From NCBI GenBank assembly GCA_963729695.1, contig CAVSOT010000007.1:425332-489331 (forward strand): DNA of 64,000 nucleotides. The letters are read 5' to 3'. The translations under genes and the position numbers were made by a program. Positions 32,113 through 40,792 of the stretch are shown here, one piece after another; within the stretch, counting starts at the first letter, position 1, and the number at the start of each line of letters is the position of its first letter. This DNA comes from an uncultured Acidimicrobiaceae bacterium (GTDB lineage Bacteria; Actinomycetota; Acidimicrobiia; Acidimicrobiales; Palsa-688). The notes below the pieces were generated by a model. It ran no database searches. It saw only the letters and a program-made list of their open reading frames with translations, and had not been told where the DNA came from.

Positions 32113-33189
32113 CAGCCGGCGGTCAGACCCGGACGTTCGCCGATTATGACGATTTCTTCGATGACTTTGTCGAGCGCGGCGCTACGGATGGGCTTCCCAT
32201 CATCCCCCCGACCCCAGCCCGAGTGGACGCTGCTCTGGCCGCGGCCGGGCTGGATGGACGCGAAGTGTTGGGGGAGATTCCCACCCGGGATGTCGTGGTG
32301 GACGCCCGGCGGGTCGCGATCAACGCAGTCATGGCGGGGTGCTTGCCCGAGTACATGCCTGTCGTGGCGGCCGCGGTGCGAGCGTGGACGCATCCGCTGG
32401 CCAATGGGCACGGCGTCACCGGGAGCCTCGCCGGGCCGACCAATCCCATCATCATCAATGGTCCCATCGCGACGGAGCTCGGGTTCAACGGTGGGGCGGG
32501 GTGCTTCGGGCCGGGCTGGCGAGCCAATGCCACGGTGGGACGAGCACTTCGTCTGATCGTCAGGAACGTCGCTCTGTCGATACCCGGCTTCGCCGATCGC
32601 GCCGCCTACTCCCAGCCTGGGCGCTTCACGTTCTGCTTCTGCGAAGACCAACAATCGACCGTCTGGAACCCACTCCACGTCGAGCGCGGCTACCGCCCCG
32701 AGGACAGCGTGGCAAGCGTGCATTCGAACACGGACATCTTCACCTATCGCAGCGAGGAGCCCGACCCGGAGGGCCTCCTCGACGGCCTCGTGACCCTCGC
32801 TCGGGCTCGTCCGGTCCAGAAGGAGGACTTCGTGGGCCAGTGGCGCAGCGTGGTCATCGGTAATTGGACCGGATCACCGCGACGTCCTGGAGCGCAACGG
32901 ATGGTCGAAGGCAGCTGTCCGCGAGTATTTGCATCCTCGGTTGACGATGCCGGACACGTTCGAGCCGGGCGCTCGGACCGTCTGGGGTAGCCAACCGACG
33001 GGAAGCCTGGGTGAGTACTCGTTCTATATCCCGAACGCCGACAACGTCCTCCTCGTTGCCGCCGGGGGGAGGTCGGCCTTCCAATCTGTCGTTTTGTACC
33101 CCCACGTGTCCAGCACCGTCTCCGCCGAGGTCACCTTCGACGGTTCGCGCGGCCGGTTGGTCCCCGACGACAGCATCGTGTGCGGTTGA
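32109..33189 (+). pseudogene. stand-alone domain-X paralog with +1 frame discontinuity at about 32862 (pseudogene or assembly indel)
   Basis: GTG 32109 overlaps the upstream stop (GTGA). Frame 0 carries DGLPIIPPTPAR...MAGCLPEYMPVV...INGPI...WRANATVGRA...FCFCEDQQ...WRSVVIG. The homologous C-terminus (IGPDHRDVLERNGWSKAAV...LLVAAGG) continues in the +1 frame to 33189. The span is 3n+1 nt. Confidence 0.6.
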
Positions 33190-33236
33190 GGCGCCCTGGC
33201 TTTTCTTTGGGGAGGTCAGGGTTGTTGGGCGGGCGG

Positions 33237-33764
33237 TCAGGGCGTGGGAAGGTACCGGTCCCTGTACAACTGATGGATGCGAGCTGACTGACCGACCTCT
33301 TGAAACTGGATCAGGTTGCCGTCTGGGTCCTGCAGGAATCCCGGCGCCGGAGGTTCGACGCCGAGGGAACGGGCCTTGGCAAAGAAGGCGTCCAGGTTGC
33401 GGACATCGAACGCCAAGTGGGTGTATCCCAAGCGGTCGAGCTTCTCCGACGGCCGCCCCCCGAGCTCGTCGCCCGGGTGGCCGATGAGCGTCAGGCTGAT
33501 GCCGCCGACGCGCTCGAAGATCACCATGCGCCGTATGGCGTGGACGCTGTCGTAGATCGCCCCCTCTGACGCCGTGGCCAGCTCGACGACTTCACCATCC
33601 TGCACGGCAAACCCGCCGAAGGTGCTCTCGCCGTCGACCCGTACGTTGGTCAGCACCCGCAATCCCACGACGTCCTCGTAGAAGCGCGTGGCTGCCTCTA
33701 TGTCGCGCACCGTAATGGTGATGTGGTCGATGCCGACGAGGTCCGATTCCTCGCTCATGGCCAA
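33237..33764 (-). CDS. VOC (glyoxalase) family protein
   Basis: GIDHITITVRDIEAATRFYEDVVGL and HLAFDVRN motifs. RBS GAGGGAGGA. Confidence 0.75.
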   Translation of the reverse strand: MAMSEESDLVGIDHITITVRDIEAATRFYEDVVGLRVLTNVRVDGESTFGGFAVQDGEVVELATASEGAIYDSVHAIRRMVIFERVGGISLTLIGHPGDELGGRPSEKLDRLGYTHLAFDVRNLDAFFAKARSLGVEPPAPGFLQDPDGNLIQFQEVGQSARIHQLYRDRYLPTP

Positions 33765-33865
33765 TAGTCCTCCCTCTCGATCCGTCGAATGCTATCGCTC
33801 GGCCCCGGGCGGCCCAAAGTGGCTCGCAGACGGGATGAACACGAGGAGGCGGGAGCGTGGAGGTC

Positions 33866-34870
33866 TCAGTCGAGCGCGACCATGGGCGGTCCGGGCCCGA
33901 CCTCTCCAATCTCCCACCACCCGTTTCCGGCCAGGACCCCAGCGTCGTCGGGATGGACCGAGACGAGGAGTCCTCCCGAGGTTTGGGGGTCGATGGCCAG
34001 AGCCTCCAGGCTGGGTTCGGCCGCCGACGACAGATGGCCCTGCAAGTAGGCCCGGTTTCGGGCATCACCGCCCGTGCGCACCCCGGCCGTGGCGGCGCGC
34101 TTGGCCCCCGGATACAGAGGGAGGGCGGCCGAGTCGAACCGGATCGAGGCGCCTGACCTCTCGGCAATTTCCCAACCGTGACCAACCAGGCCGAACCCGG
34201 TCACGTCGGTGACTGCGTGCGCCGCCGGCCCGTAGTCTCGATCAGGAAGCTGCGCCAGTTGCTGCGCCGCCTTCCTGTTGAGCACTCGCATCTGCCCGAT
34301 CGTGGCCGTTTTCGAGCCTTCGTCGGTGCTGGCCAGCACGATGCCGGAGCCCAGCGGTTTGGAGAGGAGCAAGCGATCCCCCGCCAGGGCGCCGCCTTTG
34401 GTCCAGATCCGCTCGGGATCCACCAGCCCTTGGACAGCGAGGCCGAAGATCGGTTCGGCCGACCGGATCGTGTGGCCGCCGGCAATCGTCCCCCCGGCTT
34501 CGGCGACCACGGCGGCGGCCGCCTCCAGGATGGCTGCGATCGCATCTGGGGGGAATTCCTCGGGAAAGGCGGCAATGTTGAGAGCGGTGATCACCCGTCC
34601 TCCCATGGCGAATACGTCGCTGCAAGCGTTCGCGGCTGCGATGGCCCCGAAGTCGGCCGGATCGTCCACCAGGGGTGGGAAGAAGTCGGTGGTGGACACG
34701 ACCGCCAGTTCGGGCGATAGCCGGTACACAGCGGCGTCGTCGAAGGGGGCCAGACCGACGAGGAGATCAGCGTCCTCGGTCCCGGCGACCAGGTCCACCA
34801 GCCCGCTCAACGCGGCGCCGCCCCATTTGGCCGCGCACCCTCCACAGGATGTCCATTCGGTCAGTTTCAC
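33866..34870 (-). CDS. selD: selenide, water dikinase (selenophosphate synthetase), Cys-type
   Basis: LTEWTSCGGCAAKWGG N-terminal active-site loop followed by the AIR-synthase-like fold (DDAAVYRL..., DFFPPLVDDP, TDVTGFGLVGH). GTG 34870 overlaps the selA stop (GTGA). The longer ORF-track N-terminus overlaps selA and looks non-coding. Confidence 0.9.
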   Translation of the reverse strand: MKLTEWTSCGGCAAKWGGAALSGLVDLVAGTEDADLLVGLAPFDDAAVYRLSPELAVVSTTDFFPPLVDDPADFGAIAAANACSDVFAMGGRVITALNIAAFPEEFPPDAIAAILEAAAAVVAEAGGTIAGGHTIRSAEPIFGLAVQGLVDPERIWTKGGALAGDRLLLSKPLGSGIVLASTDEGSKTATIGQMRVLNRKAAQQLAQLPDRDYGPAAHAVTDVTGFGLVGHGWEIAERSGASIRFDSAALPLYPGAKRAATAGVRTGGDARNRAYLQGHLSSAAEPSLEALAIDPQTSGGLLVSVHPDDAGVLAGNGWWEIGEVGPGPPMVALD

Positions 34871-36180
34871 GGACCAGATCCTTCCGTTGGTGAGGGGGCC
34901 GCGTGGGCGGGCCCTGACAACGCCGCTCGTATCGCCTCGCCGAGGTCGCCGTCCTGGTGCTCGAAAACGGCGCGCATCTCGCAGAGGGTGCGGCCCTTTT
35001 CGACCCTGGGGATCACGGGAGGTTGCCAGCTGCGCAGGGGCGCGGAGATATCGCCTTCGATGGCCACGGCAACCGAGGGGATGAGCACGCCGGGGAGCGT
35101 TCCACCCCCCATGGGAGCCGCCGTATCGACCACCTCGCCGACAGCCAGGCGCTGTGCCCTTTGGCGGAGATCCGGCAACGGAGTCGTGGCCAGCTTCCAC
35201 AGCGGCACGGTGGACCCGGCGTCACGCCGCAGGTAGGCCAAAGCGACGTTCTGAAGTGCTTCCAGGACCAGGCCGCCCGGGCGGAGCACCCGGGCCAGCG
35301 GGTGCCGGCGGCACCTGTCCACCAGGGTGCTCGAACCGGCGATGATGCCGGCCTGCGGGCCGCCGAGCAGCTTGTCGCCGCTGAAGGTGATCAGGTCGGC
35401 TCCAGCCGACAGCGTCTGGCGGCACGCCGGTTCTCCCCCCAGCCAGTCTGGTGGACCGTCGGAGAGCCACGGGCAGGCCGCGTCCAGCAGCCCGGACCCG
35501 AGGTCGACCACCACCGGTGCTCCCAGCCCTTTGAGCTCCCGGACGGCGACCGACTCGGTGAAGCCACTGACGCGAAAGTTGGAGGTGTGGACCTTGAGCA
35601 CCAACGAGGTGAGAGGACCGATGGCCGCCTCGTAATCTCCTCGCTTGGTCCGGTTGGTGGTCCCAATCTCGACCAGCTGCGCACCCGAGGTCGCCAGGAT
35701 CTCCGGTATCCGGAATCCTCCGCCGATCTCGACGAGCTCTCCCCGGCTCACGATCACCTGGCCACCGCCACCGGCGAGCGCGGTGAGGGCGAGGAGGACG
35801 GCGGCCGCTCCGTTGTTGACCACCAGGGCCTCCTCGGCGCCGCACGCTTTGGCGATCAGGGTGGCGGCGTGCGCGGAGCGGTCGCCCCTGCTGCCGGCAT
35901 TGACGTCGAATTCGAGATTTGAGTACCCCGCCACGCGCTCGACGGGCAGCGGCGCTCTGCCGAGATTGGTGTGCAACAGCACCCCGGTTGCGTTGACGAG
36001 AGGCCGGAGGAGGCGCCGCCGGGTGTCGGCGGCTACGGCGGCCGCCCGTTGCAGGATGGTGTCCCCGTTGCCGTCCTCGCGGAGGACCGTCCTGGCCACG
36101 TCGACCAGAATCGGATGAGGCAGACCTGACGGCGCCAGCTGGCGGGCCAACGAGTCCACCGATGGTGGGCGGTGCGCCAC
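34867..36180 (-). CDS. selA: L-seryl-tRNA(Sec) selenium transferase
   Basis: VNATGVLLHTNLGRAPL, and the PLP-lysine motif FSGDKLLGGPQAG. Confidence 0.9.
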   Translation of the reverse strand: MAHRPPSVDSLARQLAPSGLPHPILVDVARTVLREDGNGDTILQRAAAVAADTRRRLLRPLVNATGVLLHTNLGRAPLPVERVAGYSNLEFDVNAGSRGDRSAHAATLIAKACGAEEALVVNNGAAAVLLALTALAGGGGQVIVSRGELVEIGGGFRIPEILATSGAQLVEIGTTNRTKRGDYEAAIGPLTSLVLKVHTSNFRVSGFTESVAVRELKGLGAPVVVDLGSGLLDAACPWLSDGPPDWLGGEPACRQTLSAGADLITFSGDKLLGGPQAGIIAGSSTLVDRCRRHPLARVLRPGGLVLEALQNVALAYLRRDAGSTVPLWKLATTPLPDLRQRAQRLAVGEVVDTAAPMGGGTLPGVLIPSVAVAIEGDISAPLRSWQPPVIPRVEKGRTLCEMRAVFEHQDGDLGEAIRAALSGPAHAAPSPTEGSGP

Positions 36181-36258
36181 GCCCGTAGGCTAGCCCTGAT
36201 GAGCATCGCCGACAGAGCCTGCATCCGCGTCGTAGTGGGGCGGGGCGGGCTGCTCCGG

Positions 36259-36351
36259 CGGAGGTGGACGGGAATCGAACCCGCCGCTGTGGGTGCGCCA
36301 CAGCCAACCGCTTTGAAGGCGGCGGAGTCCACCAGGTACTCGGACACCTCC
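36259..36351 (-). tRNA. selC: tRNA-Sec (anticodon UCA)
   Basis: The reverse complement reads GGAGGTGTCCGAGTACCTGGTGGACTCCGCCGCCTTCAAAGCGGTTGGCTGTGGCGCACCCACAGCGGCGGGTTCGATTCCCGTCCACCTCCG. It has a 7-bp acceptor (GGAGGTG/CACCTCC), anticodon loop CTTCAAA, a long variable arm (GCTGTGG-CGCAC-CCACAGC) and a 6-bp T-stem with loop TTCGATT, giving 13 stacked acceptor+T base pairs as in tRNA-Sec. It lies between selA and selB. Confidence 0.85.
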
Positions 36352-36452
36352 GCGTGGGAGTGTAACGACGGTCAAAAGCGGCCGGCAAGCCGGCGCAGGG
36401 GCCGTCAGCTCGACCATCAGGCGCGCCACGCGACCATCGCGGTCGAGGTCCT

Positions 36453-38183
36453 ATGGCGGTAATCGCGACAGCCGGTCACGTCGATCACGGGAAGTCGACA
36501 TTGGTATTGGCCTTGACCGGCGTCGATCCCGATCGTCTCCCTGAAGAGCAAACGAGAGGCATGACGATCGATCTGGGGTTCGCCCACACCACGCTGAAAT
36601 CGGGTCGACAGGTTTCTTTTATCGACGTTCCCGGACACGGGCGATTCGTGAAGAACATGTTGGCCGGTGTGACAGGAGTGGACGGCGTCCTTTTCGTCGT
36701 CGCCGCCACGGAAGGGTGGAAAGCCCAGTCGGAGGAGCATCTGGCCATATTGGAACTGACCGGCGCCCCGGCCGGGGTGGTGGCGTTCACCAAGGTTGCC
36801 GGAGTTCCACGAGCCCAGCTCGAGGCCGTGGTGGCGGACTGCCGCCGCTTTCTGTCTGGTTCTTTCCTCGCTGATGCGGAGATCGTTTTCGTCGATGTGC
36901 CGCACAACGTCGGACTGCCAGAGCTGCAGGATGCCCTCGACAGATTGGTCGGTAAGGTCGCTGCGCCAGTGGACTGCCGGCGGCCCAGACTGTGGATCGA
37001 CCGTTCCTTTTCCGTTCGGGGGACTGGGACCGTGGTGACGGGGACACTCAACGATGGGCCGCTCGCGGTAGGGGACATCGTCGCCGTGCAGCCGGGGCGT
37101 CGCCCCGTGCGGATCCGGGGCCTCCAGAGCAACGGTCGCCCGCTCTCGGACGCGTCGCCGGGCTGTCGGCTGGCGGTCAACCTGGCGGATACGGCGGTGA
37201 CCGAGGTGCGTCGCGGTCAGGCCGTGGTGCGACCCGACGAGTGGCATCTGACGCGGACGTTCGACGCCTCCCTCCAGGTGCTGCGGTCGGTCGCCCACGA
37301 GATTTCCCAGAAGGGCGCCTTCACGGTCCACATCGGCACGTCTGCGGTTCCGGTCCGGATCCGCGTGATCGGCGAGGAAACCCACCTGGGAGCTGGCGAG
37401 GAAGGATTCGTTCGGGTGTGGATGCAAAGGGGCTCCACCCTTCCGTTGGTACCCGGTGACCGGTACATCCTTCGGGAAGCCGGCCGAGCCGAAACGGTCG
37501 GAGGTGGCGAGGTCCTCGATGTCGATCCGTTGCTGGGCGCCAAACGGGCGATGCCTTCGAAATCGGCAGAGCGGGTGGTCAGCGAGCGCGGCTGGGTGGA
37601 CGTGGACGAGCTGCAACGGCTGACCGGGCAGACGCTGGCGCCCAACGCCGGCCGGTGGGTCGTGGACCCCGCCGTGCTGGCTGCCCAGCGGGAAGACCTG
37701 AAGGCCAGGTGTCGGGCGGCCGGTCGGAGCGGTTTGGACACGGCCACCCTGGATGACCTGCAGCGTGCCATTCTCGACTTGGGCCTCGACGGTATCCGCG
37801 TGGCGCATGGACGAGCGGTTGACGAGTCCTCCTCGGAGGAGCTCAGCACGGATGAAACCCGGGTGCTCCGCATTCTCGAGTCGAGTCCCTGGGACCCCCC
37901 GGATCTGCCGCTCGGAGACAGAGGGGCCTTGCGGCGGCTGCAACGCCTGGGACTCGTCGTGGAGTCCGAGAGCATCTGGTTTGCCACCTCAGCGGTGGAA
38001 AAGGCCATGGCGGTGATCGTCGGGCTCGTCCGGGATCACCAGGAGGGATTCACCGTTGCCCAATTTCGCAGTGCGCTCGGCACGAGTCGCAAATTTGCCC
38101 TGCCGCTCCTGCGTTATGCAGATACCGCAGGCCTCACCAAACGCGAGGGTGATTTCCGGAAGCTGAGGCATACCGAAAGTTGA
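36453..38183 (+). CDS. selB: selenocysteine-specific translation elongation factor
   Basis: G-domain AGHVDHGKSTL, DVPGH and a C-terminal winged-helix extension. 576 aa. Divergent from tRNA-Sec/selA. Confidence 0.9.
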   Translation: MAVIATAGHVDHGKSTLVLALTGVDPDRLPEEQTRGMTIDLGFAHTTLKSGRQVSFIDVPGHGRFVKNMLAGVTGVDGVLFVVAATEGWKAQSEEHLAILELTGAPAGVVAFTKVAGVPRAQLEAVVADCRRFLSGSFLADAEIVFVDVPHNVGLPELQDALDRLVGKVAAPVDCRRPRLWIDRSFSVRGTGTVVTGTLNDGPLAVGDIVAVQPGRRPVRIRGLQSNGRPLSDASPGCRLAVNLADTAVTEVRRGQAVVRPDEWHLTRTFDASLQVLRSVAHEISQKGAFTVHIGTSAVPVRIRVIGEETHLGAGEEGFVRVWMQRGSTLPLVPGDRYILREAGRAETVGGGEVLDVDPLLGAKRAMPSKSAERVVSERGWVDVDELQRLTGQTLAPNAGRWVVDPAVLAAQREDLKARCRAAGRSGLDTATLDDLQRAILDLGLDGIRVAHGRAVDESSSEELSTDETRVLRILESSPWDPPDLPLGDRGALRRLQRLGLVVESESIWFATSAVEKAMAVIVGLVRDHQEGFTVAQFRSALGTSRKFALPLLRYADTAGLTKREGDFRKLRHTES

Positions 38184-38339
38184 GTTGAAGACGGTGCTGA
38201 TTTCGGAGCAAGGCTGGATCCGCCTTTCTGGTCGACCAGCCGAAAAGGTGGGCATCCCAGCGCCCGGCGTGAGCAGCCAAGGGCATGCCGCCTGACGCCG
38301 GGCTCGATTGACGGGGTGAGCGGGCGCTGCTAGCTTCGG

Positions 38340-38903
38340 ATGCAAAACCTTGACCTGTCGCGAGCCGGAAGGGATTCGAGCGTGAACTGGCTGGGACGTG
38401 AGGCCGATGAGGCCACGGAGCTCGAGCGGGTGTTGGGTCTTCTCCCGGACGCTCACGAAGCGGTGAGGGAGTTCTATTCCATCTTTTGGGTGGACGAGCT
38501 GGTCGATCCGGTCCTCCTCGAGTTGATCCGCCTCAGGGTGGCGATGTTGCACGGGGTCCAATCGGAGCTCCTTGTCCGCTATGACGTCGCCAGGGAGCGG
38601 GGCCTGACCGAGGAAAAGGTTGCCGTTCTGTCGTCGTGGCCGACGTCGCCGCTCTTTACCGAGCTCGAGCGCCGGGTGCTGGGCCTGACCGAGCAATTCG
38701 TGATGGACCCCCATGGCGTCACCGACGACGACGTGTTGCCGATCAAGGAGGCGCTGACATCGGCCGGGTTGGTTGCGCTCGTCAATGCCATGGCCCTGAT
38801 CGACCACTTGGACCGCGTTCGCGTGGCCTTTGAAATTCCGCCCGCCGACGGAGACCGGGTGCTGGTCGTGGCCGGGCCCGGCCCCACGTCGCCTTTGTAC
38901 TGA
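38340..38903 (+). CDS. carboxymuconolactone decarboxylase (AhpD-like) family protein, Cys-less
   Basis: AhpD-like helical pattern (LIRLRVAMLHGVQSELLV, where CxxC normally sits). The protein contains no cysteine. Confidence 0.7.
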   Translation: MQNLDLSRAGRDSSVNWLGREADEATELERVLGLLPDAHEAVREFYSIFWVDELVDPVLLELIRLRVAMLHGVQSELLVRYDVARERGLTEEKVAVLSSWPTSPLFTELERRVLGLTEQFVMDPHGVTDDDVLPIKEALTSAGLVALVNAMALIDHLDRVRVAFEIPPADGDRVLVVAGPGPTSPLY

Positions 38904-38926
38904 GCCCATCGACGAGGAGAAACCTG

Positions 38927-39517
38927 ATGACCGTTAGCTCTGATCCCGTAGCGACGAAAGAGCCCCGCAGGTACCGGTTGAGTCATACCGGGGAGTTGTT
39001 CCCGCTGGGTTTCAAGCCCGCCTCGTCCCCCCGCATCGACGCAGACGTCGAGAGCAACCCCTTGCCGACATGGGACGGTCAGCCCGGCTTGGCCAAAGCG
39101 TTCATGAAGCACGACGAGGCCGTGTTCTGCCGGGATGGGAGCGGCCTGATTCCCATGGACGTCAAGGAGCCCGTCCGTCTCCGCGTGGCCCGAGTCGGGG
39201 GCTGCAAGATCTGCAGCAACACTCGAAACGCGGTGGCGCGCGATCAGGGCGTCAGCGAAGAGATGCTCGACCAGGTCACGGATCACTACGAGGAGTCGGG
39301 GCTTACCGATTACCAGAAGGTGGCGCTTCGTTACGCCGATGCGATCCTGTTGTCGACGCCCCCGTCGGACGAGTTGAAGCGCGAGCTGCTGCAACACTTC
39401 ACGGTCGAGCAGATCGTCGAGCTCACTCTCTTTGTGAGCCAGTGCCGGGTGTTCGCTGCCGTCACGATCGTGGAAGGAATCCAGCCTGACGAGATGCCGG
39501 AGAAGTGGGTCCACTGA
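38927..39517 (+). CDS. carboxymuconolactone decarboxylase (AhpD-like) family protein with CxxC
   Basis: LRVARVGGCKICSNTRN (CxxC at the AhpD core position). Confidence 0.75.
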   Translation: MTVSSDPVATKEPRRYRLSHTGELFPLGFKPASSPRIDADVESNPLPTWDGQPGLAKAFMKHDEAVFCRDGSGLIPMDVKEPVRLRVARVGGCKICSNTRNAVARDQGVSEEMLDQVTDHYEESGLTDYQKVALRYADAILLSTPPSDELKRELLQHFTVEQIVELTLFVSQCRVFAAVTIVEGIQPDEMPEKWVH

Positions 39518-39543
39518 TGCCTGGCGGGTGCTGAGGCGCACCC

Positions 39544-40785
39544 ATGACGACAACGGAGAATGCTGGATCCGCGGATCGCCATGGCGATGCCGGCCTGCTC
39601 GCCGCCATCGAGGATTTCGATCCTTTCGATGATGGGCTGGTCAATCGGTTCGACGAGACCTTTGCCGTCATGCGGCAGAAGTGCCCAGTCGCCCATAGCA
39701 CCGCGCACGGAGGGTTTTGGACCGTCACCCGGTTCGACGAAGCGGCCACCGTGTTGCAGGACGCCAACCTGTTCAGCAACCGGGCGTCGGGTTCGGTCCG
39801 GCAGGACTCGGTCAAGCTGCCACTGATACCGATGACGATCGACCCGCCGGAGCAGCGGGAGTTCCGTAGGCTACTCAACCCCCACTTCACCCCCGCGGCC
39901 ATGGCCGTGCACGAACCGGCGATCCGGCGGGTATGTACCCGGCTGATCGACGCGTTTGTCGACCGGGGCCGGTGTGAGTTCGTCGCCGAGTTCGCCGCGC
40001 CGTTGCCGGAGAACGTCTTCTTCGGTGAGGTCCTGCACCTGCCGCCGGCCGATGCGGAAGCGCTGCACCACAACATCCACCGGTTGCTGCACCGAAGCCT
40101 CGCTGAATCCGACGCCGCTTATCAGGAGATGCGTCGTTACGCCAAGGGCGTTCTGGATCGTCGCCGGGCCGAACCTCGAGTCGACGACTTCATCGACGCC
40201 CTTCTCCACGCCCAGATATTCGACGAACCGCTCGACGAGGATCGGATGCTGCGGACGCTGGTGTTGCTTATGATCGCCGGCCTCGACACCACGACTCGGA
40301 CAGTCGCCAATATCTGCCGTCACCTGGCGGAGCGGCCCGATCTGACCGAGCGGCTGCAAAGGAGCCCGGAGCTGATTCCTACCGCGATCGAGGAATTCAT
40401 CCGGTTCGAGTCGGTCGGTGGCGGCATCGTACGGTTAACCCGCGAGGACGTGGAGGTAGGCGGCCAGTCCGTTCCGGCCAGCGAGCGAATACTGGTCGTG
40501 ATCGCATCGGCCAACCGGGATCCGGAGGCCTTTCCCGACGCCGACGACATCGTGCTCGATCGCAATCCCAACCGCCACCTGGCCTTCGGCATCGGCCCGC
40601 ACCGCTGCCTGGGGGCCAGCTTGGCCCGATTGGAGTTGCGGGTGGCAACCGAGGAGATCCTGAAGCGGCTGCCCGAGCTCGAGATCGATTCCTCGGTCCC
40701 CCTGCACTACACCAACAGCACCTCACGGGGGTTGACGCAACTCGACATCACCTTCCGGCCCGGTTCGAGATCGGCCGCCGGGTAA
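39544..40785 (+). CDS. cytochrome P450
   Basis: Heme loop FGIGPHRCLGASLARLE and EEFIR. Confidence 0.9.
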   Translation: MTTTENAGSADRHGDAGLLAAIEDFDPFDDGLVNRFDETFAVMRQKCPVAHSTAHGGFWTVTRFDEAATVLQDANLFSNRASGSVRQDSVKLPLIPMTIDPPEQREFRRLLNPHFTPAAMAVHEPAIRRVCTRLIDAFVDRGRCEFVAEFAAPLPENVFFGEVLHLPPADAEALHHNIHRLLHRSLAESDAAYQEMRRYAKGVLDRRRAEPRVDDFIDALLHAQIFDEPLDEDRMLRTLVLLMIAGLDTTTRTVANICRHLAERPDLTERLQRSPELIPTAIEEFIRFESVGGGIVRLTREDVEVGGQSVPASERILVVIASANRDPEAFPDADDIVLDRNPNRHLAFGIGPHRCLGASLARLELRVATEEILKRLPELEIDSSVPLHYTNSTSRGLTQLDITFRPGSRSAAG

Positions 40786-40792
40786 GAGCTCC

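Noticed and set aside
33866-35200. 444-aa version of selD given by the ORF track.
   Set aside because: The extra 110 N-terminal codons overlap the 3' end of selA and are Arg/Gly-rich. A GTG at 34870 gives a normal-length SelD beginning just before the conserved LTEWTSCGGCAAK loop.
36181-36452. tRNA-Sec as an integration site for a genomic island (searched for an integrase and for a direct repeat of the tRNA 3' end).
   Set aside because: No integrase or recombinase gene is present, and I saw no duplicated tRNA 3' segment by eye. GC content and gene density look continuous across the locus.
38340-39517. Two AhpD/CMD-like genes next to selB, considered as additional selenoproteins (Sec-containing AhpD-like proteins exist).
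   Set aside because: There is no in-frame TGA. The first protein has no Cys at all and the second has an ordinary CKIC motif.
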